Below, piece after piece: positions 36,784 to 51,276 of a DNA stretch of 64,000 nt (positions are counted from its first letter, which is position 1; every line of letters begins with the position of its first letter). This stretch comes from Mobula hypostoma. Its lineage: Eukaryota. The notes below the pieces were generated by a model. That model was not told where the DNA came from. It searched no databases and saw nothing but the letters and a program-made list of their open reading frames with translations. A program made the translations under genes and the position numbers. The stretch covers positions 78,306,001 through 78,370,000 of the forward strand of contig NC_086106.1 in NCBI RefSeq assembly GCF_963921235.1. Direction: 5' to 3'.

Positions 36784-39700
36784 TCTTCAACATTTGTTTT
36801 TGCCTTTGTTTGGGACTATAATCAAATGGTGGTAAAATATATTGGCATGGTTGTGCTCATGGAAGAATTGACATAAATTTTAACATGATTTGCATTCACA
36901 TATTCCAGCGCTCCTTCGGAACAGAATGAAAATCTTGTTATGTTTTATTTTTATATTTTGAATCTTAATCACCATGTATAATTTTGGAATGGAATAATTC
37001 CCTGTGTTCTTACATGGTTCCTAGCACTAACAGTAATTACTTGCTGAATATTGGTGTTGGTGAAAATTATGCACTTCCCATGCTGACACTTGAAAAAGAT
37101 TGGAGTTTAATGTAGTTGGCAACATGATAATGTATTTACAAATTCAATATGATGTCAAAATTATTAAAACAGGTGCCTGGGAGCCTTTTAAAGTCAATAC
37201 ACAGTCTTAGAAGCTGAGTTTATTACTTGTGTCTATCTTGTTTTGCCTTTTCATTTAAGTACCCTTGTGCATTCTAGTTTTTAACATCACTTCCAGGTAT
37301 CTTTTCTGACTTGATAATTGCTTTTACCATGGTGATTTCAGATCATGTTGCCCATGAGTAAAACCTGGCTCACTGTATGTTTTTGCAGACCTTGCTGCTT
37401 ACCAATCATTGTTGCAGTGTAGCTAGGAATTAGAACATGTTATACTCAGCATTTAGAAAATAACAATCAACATTAAAATTTCAAGTATCTGATATCATAG
37501 TAAAAATTATGATATGCTAATCTATGCATATCATATTACTGCTTTATGCTGTCGTTCTAGGTATGATCTTTTACTGTTTTAAGTGCTGCTTGTCTTTTCC
37601 ACACTTGTACAATTGAGTCAGATTATGGGTTCATATCTCACTGTTGGGATTTCAGTATGACCCTTGAGTAATTGTTGCATTGGTGAAGTTACTGCCTTTC
37701 AGATGAGAGGTTAAAGTGAGGCTCTGCTTGTTCTCGGATGGGCATTGAAGATCCTGTGGTGTGTGTTTTTTTTGAAGTATGTATTTATCTTGCTGAAACA
37801 TTGTAGAATATTGCACTGCGCAAATTTGGCTGAATCAGTTTTGACTCTACAAAAGTGTCTTTGGGTTATGAAGATATTTGAAACATTGGAACTTTCTGAA
37901 TACAAAGTATTGTAATGAAACTTTGTCAAAAAGGACTTGCAGATTTAAAAATGAGCTGCTTAGACTGGGCAGCCCACATAAACATATTTTCCACTTACAA
38001 ACAGAAGGTAGGACATGACTATACATTTATAGGGCAGTTATTGGAATCTGTACACCTTTAATATATTTATATACCTGGTAATTGGATGAACCATTTTTTT
38101 ATATGCATTTATAAGATGTATGACTATCCAATTAAGAGCAAGAAAGTTGGTCTATTCTACTCAGAATTGATTCTAAACATAATTCTGTGACCCAAAGCCA
38201 TTTGATTTATTGTAATTTGTCTTTTCCATGTTTAATTTCTCATTTACTAATTTCAAAATTTACATGGTCACTTCCAGCCTGATGGGCCCAGTAGATTTCC
38301 TGTCCTAAAATACCTTTTAAGAACTTAAATTTAAAAGGAAGTGATATGAAATGCAAGCTGTGTCAAAGATAAGTCATAGTGTTTGCATCAAGAGTGTACG
38401 GCCTTTTTAGGAATTGTTTTCAATCTTAAGTGAACATTTGAACCGATGGAACATCTATAGTTGAACATTCCTCTATCCCAAACACACAATGCGGATTGTA
38501 ATTTCAATAATGTATATGAAAATGTATTCTGCTTTTACCAGCAATAATTTTTGTCACCTAGACAATTTGTAATATGGAGTCAATTTCGTTAAAATGTTTG
38601 CACCAACTGCTATTTTATCCTTTCTTTCTGGTTCTTTCAGAAATTAAAGATTCACTGTACAAAATTGTATAGCACAGTCACAGTTACCTTCCACATTAGA
38701 AAATGTTCACGTATTTAATTTTCAATTTGAAAATACGGTGGACTGTTACTGCTGCAGTCTTTTTTTCATTATGTATCATAAAGCTGGATTTGCTGATATT
38801 TCGAGACAAAAGTCAATCAATACACAGGCATTTTTCCTGACTAGGGAAAAATAATAATGATTTGGCTGATAGATTTCTCTGATTTGAAGTAAAAATGCAG
38901 CTAAGGACATTTTTCGGTGTTCTCTCAGTCGACTGCATGGAGTGCCAAGACGATACGCGATCTGATTTTTCTGCTTATCCAATTACTTGGTATACAGTAG
39001 GAGTTTGTTTGATTGTATGTTTTGCCACTTGGTGCCTCTTGTTCTCTTTAATTTATCATTGTACTTTCGGTAACAGTATTATTTCTTGAAAGAATGCACA
39101 TTGTTAACGGTGTTGAGAAAGTACACCATAAATGAGTTTTATGAAATGTTGTGTTTTGCATTTCCTTCTGTATTATTTCCTACCTACAGAAAGATCCTAA
39201 TAAAGCCTATATCCATTCATATTGACAAGCTATTGCAGATGACTAGCATGGACATGATGGGTGAAGAGCCTGTTTCTGTGCTGTCTGATTCAATTATTTC
39301 ATCAATATGTTTCAACACTCTACTCACAATTAAGGTTTGGTAGCTGATTGGGTGCAGGCCCATTTGGAAATAATTAGCAATTACCCCACTGTGCAATTAT
39401 TATGAATAAAATTCTCTGCAGGTCAAGCAACATCTGTGGAGAGACAAACAGTGAAAGGTCAAGCTGAAGGCTTTTGATCAAAAGGCACATAGAAAATATT
39501 ACAAATTTAGTAAGTAGAAAATGAAAATAGAAAGCAATATATGGAATAAAGAATGTTATAGAATGAAGGCCGAGTTGGTGAATGACACAGAGTTATAACC
39601 ACCAGAACACCACAAGAGTCATTCCAAGAATGCAGAGGGATAGTTTTAGCAATGGTAACATCCATTTACTGTCTTTTTTAAAAATGCATATTTGCCTCCC

Positions 39701-40319
39701 TGTGGGGTTCAGATGAGAGGAGGATTTTAGAATGAAGTCAGAGGATGCGATTAACCTTTGCCGGACCTATCCATTGGGTCTCTTTCAAAGTTTTGAACAC
39801 AATGTCTGAATCCAAATTTTTCTTGTCAGGAAGGCTGGCAGTTTTACCTACTGTTTCCTTTGCTGCTTTTCTCAAAGCAACTACCACCCTACAATCAGGA
39901 AGGTATCATCCTTCCACTAATTCTTAAAGTTGAAGTTGACTGAATTCTCCTTCAAAGAAAACCAGATCGATAGCCAAGGTATAAATATCAATAGTTAATG
40001 TTTTTGGAGGATTTTGAAAAGACCACTTGTGCAGAGGTACTAGTTATGCAGATTAGATAAAAGTTTTGACAATCACCAAACTTTAAAATGTTCTTTAGAA
40101 AGTACATTCAGGTAAAGATGGTGCGTAAGAATATATCTTACTGATGTCCATTTAATTTTGATTAAACGAGAACTTTAATGATTTCTCTATGTAACACCCC
40201 ATTTCCGATTTCTTTCTCCCGCTGCTGCCACCCCCCCCGCCACTTTCCTGAATTTAAGTACTGTTAGGAATTTTGTAATTCATTGCTGATTCCTGGCTGC
40301 CTTAACAAATGAGAAAGTC

Positions 40320-40320
<1 letters not shown>

Positions 40321-40364
<44 letters not shown>
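40321..40364. repeat. Compound microsatellite (TG)8(TA)14
   Basis: Read directly from the sequence. Confidence 0.95.
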
Positions 40365-40369
<5 letters not shown>

Positions 40370-43300
40370 CAAGTATGTATAAGCCAGAGGAATAAAAATG
40401 TGTCTAAAATACTCTTGGATGGAGAAATCTGGAATTTAAATCCAGGGACACTATAATTTAGTATTCCCATGCACATATTGCTCTTGCTTTCCTGAACTAG
40501 AGCTTTTGAGGGCTTCATCTAAAGAAACATGATTTTGTCTTTACTGTATAAGTATAGCTTGAAAAGTAACAGATGATGTAATAGTTTCTAACCCCAATTA
40601 GAAACTTCTTGTTCAAGGAAATTCTGGAATGATTTCATAAAGAATAAAGTAGTGAACTTGTGAATATGGTAATAAAAATATTTATTTAAACTTTTCAAAT
40701 AGGAAGGAAGGGAAGATGGGCTAAAAAGTGTCTTGCATCTTAAGAGCAATGTAAAAAAATGAAAAAGTTGGAATAAGTACACACTGAACTTGTCATTTTT
40801 ACAAGATGGAATAGAGTTTTATTTCCTTAAGCCAGAATATTGCAGACACAGAGCTTCCATATTTATTACTATCTTTATTTTTTACTTGCAAATAAACTGG
40901 AAAATAGGAGGAATAGGACATCTCAATACCATCCATGTTCCTGCTATCTGCCCATTTCCACTGATGCATTTTGTGTTCACCAATCTACATATTTCCTTTT
41001 GAAGTAAATTAAGCAACTTGGTCTCCATTGCATTCTGTGGCAGACAATATTGTGAAGAGATTTTTTTTTGTTCTAAATGTTTTCCTGTATACTCTGGAGT
41101 CTGATTGCCCGTGTAGTCAGGTGAAACATCTCTCTTTAAGTCTGGCAGATGTGTGTAAATTTCAATGTAATTAATTAACCTCCAGTAACTACAATACTTG
41201 TCAATCCAATCTCTCATCACCACAAGGCCCAATTTAATGCTACATACATAAAGATGTTCATATAACATGTATATTTTCAGTTTATGTTGTGTTTCTGGCA
41301 GAAACAAAGTGTTATAAAGCAGTAGAGTAACAGGTCATTCAGCCCATCGAGTTTGTGTTGAACTGTTAATCTACATAGGCCCATTGACCTGCACCTGGAC
41401 CATATCCCTCCCATCCATGTACTTAACCAAACTTATCTTAAATGTTGCAAATAAACTTGCATCCACCACTTTCACTGGCAGCTCATTCCACATTCACACC
41501 ACCCTCAGGTTCCCCCTAAACGTCTATCCTTTCAACCATAATCTGTGACTTCCAGCTCTAGCTTCACCCAACCTCAGTGGAAAAAAGCTTGTGTGCAGCT
41601 ACCCTATCTGTACCCCTCGTAATTTTGTGTACCACTAGCAAATCTTCCCTTATTGCTCCAGGGAAAAAAGTCGTAACGCATTCAGCCTTTCCTTACAACT
41701 CAGGTCCTGGAGACCTGCAACATCCTTGTTCTACAGCAATATTTATTTATTTAGATTTAGTGTAGATTCCAGCCAGAGAGCTGCACCACCCAGCAATCCA
41801 CCTATTTAACCCTGGCCTAATCACAGGACAATTTACAATGACCAATTAACATGCTAACAGCGACAGATATCTTTGGAAGTCATTGTGCTGCATGTGTCTT
41901 CGCTTCCTTTAATAAAACTAGTAACATTTAAAATGATTTTCTGACATCACTAAATTAGGGTAATATAAATAAAGTCATTCAAAGTTCCATAATCCCTTTA
42001 TAAAAATGGACAACAGATATTAATTTGTTAGACCGCTGGAGTTCTGCTTAGACAGTCTATAACTTGACAGCATGAGCAATGAGGATCCCTCTGGCGATTC
42101 CCCTCAACAACAGATATACCACTTTTGGATACTGTTGCGAGGGATGATCTAGCAGAGGAAAGCCACAGTCGTTAGATCTCCTGCACTGTGTCTGTCTCTG
42201 TAGTCAGAAGGGAAGTGTGAGAAGAGGTGAGCTGCAGTGATAGGGGAATCATCGGTTAGGGAACAGACGGGAGATACTGTGGACAAGAATGAGATTCCTG
42301 TATGGTATGTTGCCTCCCAGATGTCGGGGTCAGTGACATCTTGAGTGGGAGGGTAAGCAGCCAGAGGCTGTGGTCCAAGTTGACACCAGTGACATTGGTG
42401 AGAATGGTAATGAGGTCCTGCAAAGTGAGTTTAGGGACTTAGGTGCTAAGTTAAAGGACAGGCCCTCCAGGGTTGTGATCTCATGATTGCTACCCATGCC
42501 ACATGCTGGTGAGGTTGGAAATAGGAAGATTATACCGATTATACATGACTAAGGAATTGGTGCATGAGGGAGGGCTTCAGATGTTTGAATCATTTAGCGC
42601 TCTTCCAAGGAAGGTGGGACCTATACATAAGGGATGGTTTGCACCTGAACTGGAGGACCACCAATATCCTGGTGTGAAAGTTTGCTAGTGCTGCACAGCG
42701 GTGGGGGGTGGGGTGGGGTGGGTTGGGGGGGGGGGCGGAGAGAATGGGAACCAGTGTCCCAGAACAGATAGTGGGATGGTTGTGGGAAAAGATGTTAAGT
42801 CTACATACAAAGTCAGGAATCGAAAGGTTGAGCAGGGTGGGACTAAACTCATCTGCCTTTCTTACAATACTCTTTGCTTTGAAATATACACATTGTTTTG
42901 CAAGAAAGGCAGCTGAGCTTAGGGCATGGATCCAGCACATGGAATTATGACATTGTAGCCATTAGTGTGACTTGGTTACGGGAGGGGCAGGACTGGCAGC
43001 TCAGTGTCATATGGTTCTGTTGTTTTAGATGTGATAGAGCATAAGTGATTAAAGGGGGAGGGGTGGCATTACTTAACGGAAAATGTCTTGGCAGTGCTTA
43101 GACAGGACAGACTGGAGAACTCATTTACTGAGGCTATATGGGTGGAACTGAGGAATAAAGGGATGACCGTGTTAATGGGATTATATTACAGACCACCTAA
43201 CAGGCCAGGGGATTTAGTGAGCAAATTTGTAGAGATTGCAGGCTGTTTCAAGAAACAGAAGGTTGCAATAATAAGTGATTTTATCTTAACACATATTAAC

Positions 43301-44111
43301 TGAGACTCCCATGCTGTAAAAGGGCTGGATGGAATAGAGTTTGTCAAATGTGTTCAGGAAAGTTTCCTTAATCAGTACATAAAGGTTCCAACTAGAGAGG
43401 GTGAATTACTAGATCTATTAGGGAATGAGAGAGGGAATGTGACAGAAGTTTGTATTGGGGAATACTTTGCATCTAGTGATCATAATGACATTTGTTTCAA
43501 GATAGTTATGGAGAAGGATAGGTCTGGTTGGTGGGTTGAGATTTTATATAGGAGAAAGGCCAATTTTGATGATATCAGAAGGGATCTGGCAAGTGTGGAT
43601 TGGGACAGGTTGTTTTTTGGCAAAGGTGTGTTTGGTAAGTGGGAGGCCTTCAAATGTGAAATTTTGAGTACAGAATCTGTATGTTCCTGTCAGACAACCA
43701 AAGCAGGTTTAGGGAACTTTGGTTTTCAAGATATATTAAGGCCCTGGTTAAGAAAAACAAGGAGGTGCATAGCAGGTAATAGGCAGGAAGGAGCAAATGA
43801 GGTGCTCGAGGAGTATAAGAAATGCAAATAAACACTTAAGGAGAAATCAGGAGGACTAAGAGAAAGCTCTAGCAAACATGGTGAAGGAGAATCCCAAGGG
43901 TTTCTACAGATACATTAAAAGAGAAAGGATGGTGAGGGACAAAATTGGAAGATCAGAGTGGTAATCTGTGTGTCGAGCCGAAAGAGATGGGGGAAGATAA
44001 TTATATATATTATTGTGCATCTGTATTTATTTGAGAGATGGACAGTCTGTAGAAGTGAGGCAAAGCAGTCGCAAAGTCATGAATGATATACAGAGGAGGA
44101 AGTAATAGGGT

Positions 44112-45545
44112 TATAGAAAACCACAGCACAGAAACAGGCCCTTCAGCCCACCTAGTCTGTGCCAAATGACTTACACTGCTAGTCCCATTGATCTGCACCT
44201 CGACTATAGCACTCCATACCACTCCCATCCATGCACCTATCCAAACTTCCTTTAAACATTGAAATCAAAATTGCATTCATTACTTGCACTGGCAGCTCGT
44301 TCCACGCTCTGGTGAGTAGTTTCCCCTCATGTTCTCCTTAAATGTTTCACCTTTCACCCTTAACCCATGACCTCTAGTTTGGTCCAATTTACTACTTCAT
44401 CTTGAATGCCAATCAACTGAACCTTCTTGGCCAACCTCCCATGCCCGACCTAATCAAATGCCTTGCTGAAGCCCATGTAGATAATATCCACTGCCTTGCC
44501 TTCATCAACTTTCCTGGTAACTTCCTCAAAAACTTTACACGATAAACATGACCGACCACACACAAAGCCATGCTGACTATCCCTAATCAATCCCTGTCTA
44601 TCCAAATACTCATATATCTAGTCTTTTAGAATATCTTCAAATAACTTTCCCACTACTGGTGTCAGGCTTATAACTTCCTACTTTATTCTTAGAGCCTTTC
44701 TTAAACAGTGGAACAACATTAGTCCAGTACCTCACCTGTTGCTAAGGATGACTTAAGTATCCCAGCTAGGGCCCCTGCAATTTTTGCTCTTGCCTCCCAT
44801 GGAGTCAAAGAGCACTTTATCTGGCCACCCTGATTTGCCTCAAGACAGCAAACACCTCCCCCTCTGTAATCTATGGCATCCATGACCTCCCTGATGCTTT
44901 GCTTCACTTCTATAAATTCTAAGTTTGTCTTCTGAGTAAATATCAATGCAAAAAATCCATTTAAGATCTCCCCCATTTTGTTTGGATCCATGCATAGATT
45001 ATCATTCTGATAATCCAGAGGACAGATTTTGTCCCTCTAAATCCTTTGACCCTTAAGCCCTTAGGATTCTTCTTCACCTGGTCTGGTAAAGCAACCTCAT
45101 GCCTACTTTTAGCTTTCCTGACTTCTTTCTTAAGTGTTCTCTTGCATTTCTTATACACCTCAAGTACATTTGTTCCCACCTGCCTATCTGCTATGTAACT
45201 CCTTTCTTTTTCTTAACTAGAGCTTCAATATCTCTCAAAAACCAAGGTTCCCTAAATCTGCCTTTTATTCTGACAGCCACATACAAACCTTGTGCTCTCA
45301 AAATTTCACTTTTGAGGCCTCATTCTTATCAAGTACACCTTTGCCACAAAACAGCCTGTCTCAATTCACACTTGCCAGATCTTTCCTGATACCATCAAAA
45401 GTAGCCTTGCTCCAATGTAGTCTCAACCAGACCTATCCTTTTCCATAATTACCCTTAACCTAATGGCATTATGATCACTAGATGCAAAGTGTTCCCCCAC
45501 ACAAACTTCTGCCAACTGTCCCGTCTCATTCACAAATAGGAGATC
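44112..45545 (-). mobile_element. Nested, internally deleted CR1 in opposite orientation
   Basis: ORFs 45423..45605 (VGEHFASSDHNAI), 44961..45179 and 44719..44991; 3' tail at about 44112. Confidence 0.8.
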
Positions 45546-45547
45546 AA

Positions 45548-46090
45548 GGGGGAAATTGGTTTTTGTTACAGTTGTACCATAAATAATAAATAGTAATAAA
45601 ACCATAAATAGTTAAATAGTAATATGTAAATTATGCCAGGAAATAAGTCCAGGACCAGCCTATTGGCTCAGGGTGTCTGACCCTCCAAGGGAGGAGTTGT
45701 AAAGTTTAATGCCACAGGCAGGAATGACTTCCTATGACGTTCTGTGTTGCATCTCGGTGGAATGAGTCTCTGGCTGAATGTACTCCTGTGCCCACCCAGT
45801 ACATTATGTAGTGGATGGGAGACATTGTCCAAGATGGCATGCAACTTAGACAGCATCCCCTTTTCAGATACCACCGTCAGAGAGTCCAGTTCTATCCCCA
45901 CAACATCACTGGCCTTACGAATGAGTTTGTTGATCCTGTTGGTGTCTGCTACCCTCAGCCTGCTGCCCCAGCACACAACAGCAAACATGATAGCACTGGC
46001 CACCACAGACTCGTAGAACATCCTCAGCATTGTCCGGCAGATGTTAAAGGACCTCAGTCTCCTCAGGAAATAGAGACGGCTCTGACCTTT
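45548..46090 (-). mobile_element. Young Rex1/Babar LINE 3' fragment
   Basis: ORF 45668..46117 (KGQSRLYFLRRLRSFNICRTMLRMFYESVVAS...RKSFLP). Confidence 0.85.
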
Positions 46091-47772
46091 AATAATTATA
46101 TTAAATAAGTAGTGCAAAAAATTAGAAATTAAAAAGTAGTGAAGTTCAATAGGTTCATGGGTTCAATGTCCATTCAGAAATCAGATGGCAGAGGGGAAGA
46201 AGCAGCGGATGTTGTCTACATGCACTTTAGCAAGGCCTTTGATAAGGTCCCGTATGGGAGTTTGCATGGAAATTAAGTCGTTTCGCTTCCAGGATGAGGC
46301 AGTAAATTGGATTAGACATTGGCTTCGTGGGAGAAGCCAGAGAGTGGGAGTAATGGTTGCCTCTCTGACTGGAGCTTTCAGACTAACAGTGTGCTGCAGT
46401 AATCGGTGCTGGGTCTGTTGTTGTCATCTATATCAATGATCTGTACAATAATGTGGTTAACTACATCAGCAAATTTGTGGATGACATCATCATTGGGGAT
46501 GTAGATGACAGCAAGGGAGATTATCAGCAGGATCTGGACTAACTGGTAAATGGGCTGAAAAATACCAGATGTAATTTAGTGCAGACAAGTGTGAGGTGTT
46601 GCACCTTGGGAGGACAGACCAGGGTAGTACTTACATGATGAAGAGTAGGGCGGAGGAGTATGGTGGAGCAAAGGGATCTGGGACTATAGATCCATAATTC
46701 CTTGAAAGTGGCATCACAGGTAGATAGGGTCATAAAGAACGCTGTTGGCACACTGGCCTTCATAAAATGTTGAGTACGAGTCGGGATATTATGTTGAAGT
46801 TGTACAAGATGTTGGAGAGGCCTAATTTGGAGCACTGTGTGCAGTTTTGGACACTTACCTACGAGAAATATGTCAATAAGACTGAAATAGTGCAGAGAAA
46901 ATTTGCAAGGATTTTGCCAGGACTTGAACTGAGTTACAGGGAAAAGTTAAATAAGTTTTGACTTTATTCCCTTGAGCACAGGAGAATGAGGGGAGATTTG
47001 ACAGAGGTATACAAAATCATGAGGGGTATAAATTTGTTAAATGCAAGCAGGCTTTTACCACTGAGGTTGGGTGAGACTAGAACTGGAAGTCATTGTTTAA
47101 GTGTGAAAGTTTGAAATGTTTAAGGGGAATATGAGGGTGATCCTCTTCACTCAGAATGTGGTGAGAATGTGGAATGAGCTGCCAGCAAAAGTGGTGGATA
47201 TGGGCTCAATTTCAACATTTAAGAGAAATTTGGATAGGTACAGGTTTGAAAGGGGTATGGAGCACTATGGTCTGGGTGCAGGTCAATGGGAGTAGGCAGA
47301 TTAATAGTCCAGCATAGACTAGGTCAGCTGAAGAGCCTGTTTCAGTGCTGTAGTATTCTATGACTCTAATTCTTCAATTGAAATAACTTGCTCCTGCCAT
47401 TTTTCTCTCTATCCAGTTCCTCTTACTCCCCTACCACTGGATTCCCTCCCCTGCCCAGTCCACTTCCCTTATTTGGTTCCATGCTCTCCTAACTTTCCTA
47501 GCAGATTCTACCATCTGGACCCCCTTTTTGCCTCCAATGACTTCCCAACCTCCATCACTATTTACCTGTCACCCCTCTTCAGTTGGATCTATCCCCTCCC
47601 CTCACTGGCTATTTAACATATACCAATTTAGGATATCCAGTTAAAGAAACCCTGGTTGTGGAAGGAAGTCAGAGCATTAGTTGCTGCTCCAATGTGCTGC
47701 TCAAGCATTACCATTAATGACAGCTTACCAAGAATTAATGCATAGTTGGTGGCCAGATGGCTGATGTAAAAT

Positions 47773-47778
47773 TTTAAT
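47773..47778 (-). terminator. Candidate poly(A) signal of CMC4
   Basis: ATTAAA on the minus strand about 190 nt after the stop codon. Confidence 0.4.
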
Positions 47779-47964
47779 ACATAATTAAATGAACATACAA
47801 GATGGCAAGAAGTTAATTAATATTTTTCTTGGAGTAAATTTCAGGATATCTCTGCACTCTCTTGCCATTCCTGGGTGATCAAGTTATTGTGACTTTTTTC
47901 CTGCTGTACTGACAATCTGAAAAGATGAAATTGGAGTGTAGCATTTGCAGGCAATGATTAGATT

Positions 47965-48086
47965 TCAGCTTTTCTTTTGTTCTTTTAAAAAACCTGAACA
48001 GCAAACTGATGTCTTTGCATGTATCTTACAGCAGTCGTGCATATCTTGGATCACATGTTGGCATTTGCTTTCTTGGTAATGATGAG
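47965..48086 (-). CDS. CMC4: CX9C motif-containing protein 4, last coding exon
   Basis: Acceptor TTCTTTTACAG|. Encodes AHHYQESKCQHVIQDMHDCCKIHAKTSVCCSGFLKEQKKS*. Confidence 0.95.
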
Positions 48087-48844
48087 CTGTAAAAGAAGCA
48101 TCAAATAAAATTTCTGTTATCCTACATGTTCATCCAGTTTCTTTTCCTTGCAGGAAATCCCCACGGATGCCAACTGAGGAAGAGAAAGTTATTGGTAAAT
48201 CATGTTTTATTAAGTTACTATTGATTACTAGTGTAATCCCCGCAAAAGTGAATGGATGATGCTGAAACTACAGACCTGAGATTGCTTTTTTGTAATGATG
48301 GCTCTGACTGTCTCAAGTAATCAGCTTTCTTATAAATACTGTGTGACAGTTTGTTCTTTTTTAATACACTGAACTGTGTCTGGAAAAGGACTGAATCTGA
48401 AAGAGTGATTGTTGAAATTGGTGAGGATATAGTTAGGCCTAGAAGATCCAGTTTTTACTTTTTAAATGTAATCTAAAATCCTATTCAGAATAAGGGTGCG
48501 TTGAACTCTCCACTTCTCTAATAAGTTGTTCTGGCAAACATTTCTGTAAGGTCATGAATAATGCTACAAAAGTTTTCAACCAATATTGGAAGGTAAGCCA
48601 CATCTGTCCAAGGGACATTGCATTACTGAAATTATTTTCTGTTATTTACAAGTTGTATTAGAGATTAAATTTTTTCAATACCCACTTGTGGCTGTTTAAT
48701 AAAAGCATAATGCATTAGCATTGATCTTAATGAGATTAAACAGCTACATAATAAAGTCATATATGATAGATATGAAAGAATAAAATGAATGACAGGCTGA
48801 TGTGAGTAAAGCATTTTAAAAGAAGAGGGAACATTGAACTTCAC

Positions 48845-48902
48845 CTTGGAGACACTTCTGTATTTCACAGGCTTGCTTTTGGCAGGGATCTTTGGTAGAC
48901 AT
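48845..48902 (-). CDS. CMC4: CMC4 first coding exon (exon spans 48845-48909)
   Basis: Encodes MSTKDPCQKQACEIQKCLQ, nearly identical to human MPQKDPCQKQACEIQKCLQ. Acceptor TTTTCTCTTAG| and donor AAG|GTGAAG. Full protein is 59 aa. Confidence 0.96.
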
Positions 48903-49519
48903 TATGTGCCTAAGAGAAAAAAAAAGAATAGCCGTTCATAATATTTTCTATTTTTAATACAATTATCTCACTTCCTTTGACCCTTCTGAAAAACTGATTC
49001 TCTTGGAATATCTGCCATCCAAGTACATTAAACACCTTAAGCACATGTGTGGATATCAAAGAATAAAATTCTGAAACAGTGAAGGTAAAACTGGATAGAC
49101 CACCTGGCATCAACATGGGCACCAGATTCAGACACTGCAAAGTCAATTACAGCTTGGTCGACCATGCAAAGTTGCTGTCACAATATTTAGGGGCAACTGA
49201 TTCAATTGGGAGCTATAAGTTAGCAATCATGTGATACAATCATACAGAATTATATTTTGCAGCTGGTGTCCATATATCTCCATTACAATTGTTGGGCCTA
49301 AAGAATGGGCAGAGGCAAAGAGACAGTAATATAGTATGTGGAAGTAGTCATCAACATCAATTCCAAACAGTATGAAGTCTCATGTCATCAAGCTAATTGT
49401 GGGCATGGAAACCAAAACAAACATTAAATCTGTCTTAGCCAGTCTTATCACCGCCCATATGTACTTAGCCATGTTGTACAGCACGTGGATGAAGCACTGA
49501 AAGTAGCAAGAATACAATG

Positions 49520-49890
49520 ATGCATTTGCAAAGAAGGCATGCCAGTGGCTCTACTCTAAAAGGAGATTGAGGAGATTTGGTTTGTCACCAAAAACTCTTG
49601 CAAATTTCTACAAATTTATGATGGAGAGCTTTCTAATTGGTTGCATCACAGCATGGTGTGAAGCCATCAAACATACAGGATTACAAGAAGTTGCAGAGAC
49701 TTGTAGACTCAGCCAATTCCATGATGGGCACAACCCTCCCTGCCATCGAGGACATCTCCAATAGGTGGTGCCTCAACATGGCAGCATCCATCATTAAAGA
49801 TCCTCACCATCCAGAACACGCCCTACTTGTGTTACTTCCATCAGGGAGGGGGTACAGGAGCCTGAAGATACAGATTAATTGTTTTAGCAA
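49520..49890 (+). mobile_element. Rex1/Babar LINE fragment in CMC4 intron 1
   Basis: ORFs 49567..49764 and 49637..50008 (AASIIKDPHHP..LLPSGRGYRSL). Confidence 0.8.
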
Positions 49891-51276
49891 CATACACAAA
49901 TGCTGGAGGAACTCAACTAGTCAGGCAGCATCTATGGAGGGGAATAAACAGCTGATGTTTCAGGCCGAGAGCCTTTATCAAGTCCTCTTAATGAGGAGTG
50001 TGAGATAAACAACCCAAAATGAGACATTAAAGGGCAGGTGAATTGTATTCATCAAAATTGCTAACATCATGGCTTGGCACATCTCTCACCCTACCATTAC
50101 ATAAACTAAACCAGCACTTCCTTAATCAGAAGTATACTATTACCGCAATGCTACATTTCCAAAACCTGAGACCCCTAACACCACAAATTACTAAAGGAGC
50201 AGGTATGTGAGAACTCCACAATAAGCAAGTTCCCTTCCAGCCTGAAGTAATACATTGCCAATCCTCCAAAATACTAGTCGAAGTCCTACCATTCTCTATC
50301 TAAGTTGTGGTGGGGGGAGGGGGGAACGTCAAGTTGTGGTGGATGCATGTCAAATACAAGTGTTCCACATATTTTGAGGGCAATTTATTGCCCCACAGAT
50401 GTTTAGAAGCTGTGCAGCTTTCATTGATTATAATTGCCACCACTGCTGCTGAAAGTTGGCAATGCCCAAGTAAAATTTATACATTTACAATGGTGAGAAC
50501 GATTAGCAAGCATTTGGTTTTATTGATTTCCATGATATCCTCACAGAAAAAAAAACACTAAGTCCATTTATCTGAACTTTTCAATTACTGATTTGCATTT
50601 TGCTAAAGTCAGACTTTGGACCTGAATTGACTTCAGGGTCCCAGAGAGTATTCAGAAACAGAAGGATCTTTGTGTATAGGAATATAGGTCACTTCATATA
50701 CAAAGTGGATAAAATAATGAACAAACTATGTGGGATCCTTGCCTTTATGAACTGGAACATAGAATACAACATAATGGAGGTCGTGGTACAGCTTTTGAAA
50801 ACTTTATCTGTCTCCTCGGTGCAGGGAATGCCACACCGCATGCATGGTGACTTGCTGTCAAACCATGGAAGGCATTTTTAAGTTGTCCGTACGAAATTTA
50901 AAAGCTTAGGCAATGGTAGGGGAGAAAAGAACTGAAGTTCCAGATTGTAAACATAGAATTACGCAGTAGACAATTTTGGGGAAAAACAAAAAAAATTAAA
51001 GAGCTATTTATAAATAGTAGAAATTTCAATGATCCACAAAATCCTATGGAGCCACCCCTCGCACCTTGTGTTACAAAGATTGCGACAAGAAAAATACTAA
51101 AGCCCAGTTTTGACCTACAATCTACCCTCCCTATCCTTATTAATGTGACATTGGACGGAAAGTCAAATTGCAAATCACATCTTGGGGTCTCAAGATGCAC
51201 ACATGAATGCGGCCTTTTGATAAGCTGCTTTTGCCCTTTGTTTTTTAAAGTGTGATAGATCAGCTATTGCAGTTAC

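Larger units (their letters stand above)
42070..47368 (+). mobile_element. Near full-length decayed CR1 LINE interrupted by nested LINEs
   Basis: Esterase ORF1 remnant (about 42230-42680), APE endonuclease (EAIWVELRNKG..LMGLYYRPPN; SSDHN), RT from about 46205, 3' tail at about 47368. Confidence 0.85.

Noticed and set aside
37418-37423. miR-221/222 seed match TGTAGC downstream of the FUNDC2 stop
   Set aside because: Only a single 6mer, beyond the proximal poly(A) signal; expected by chance.
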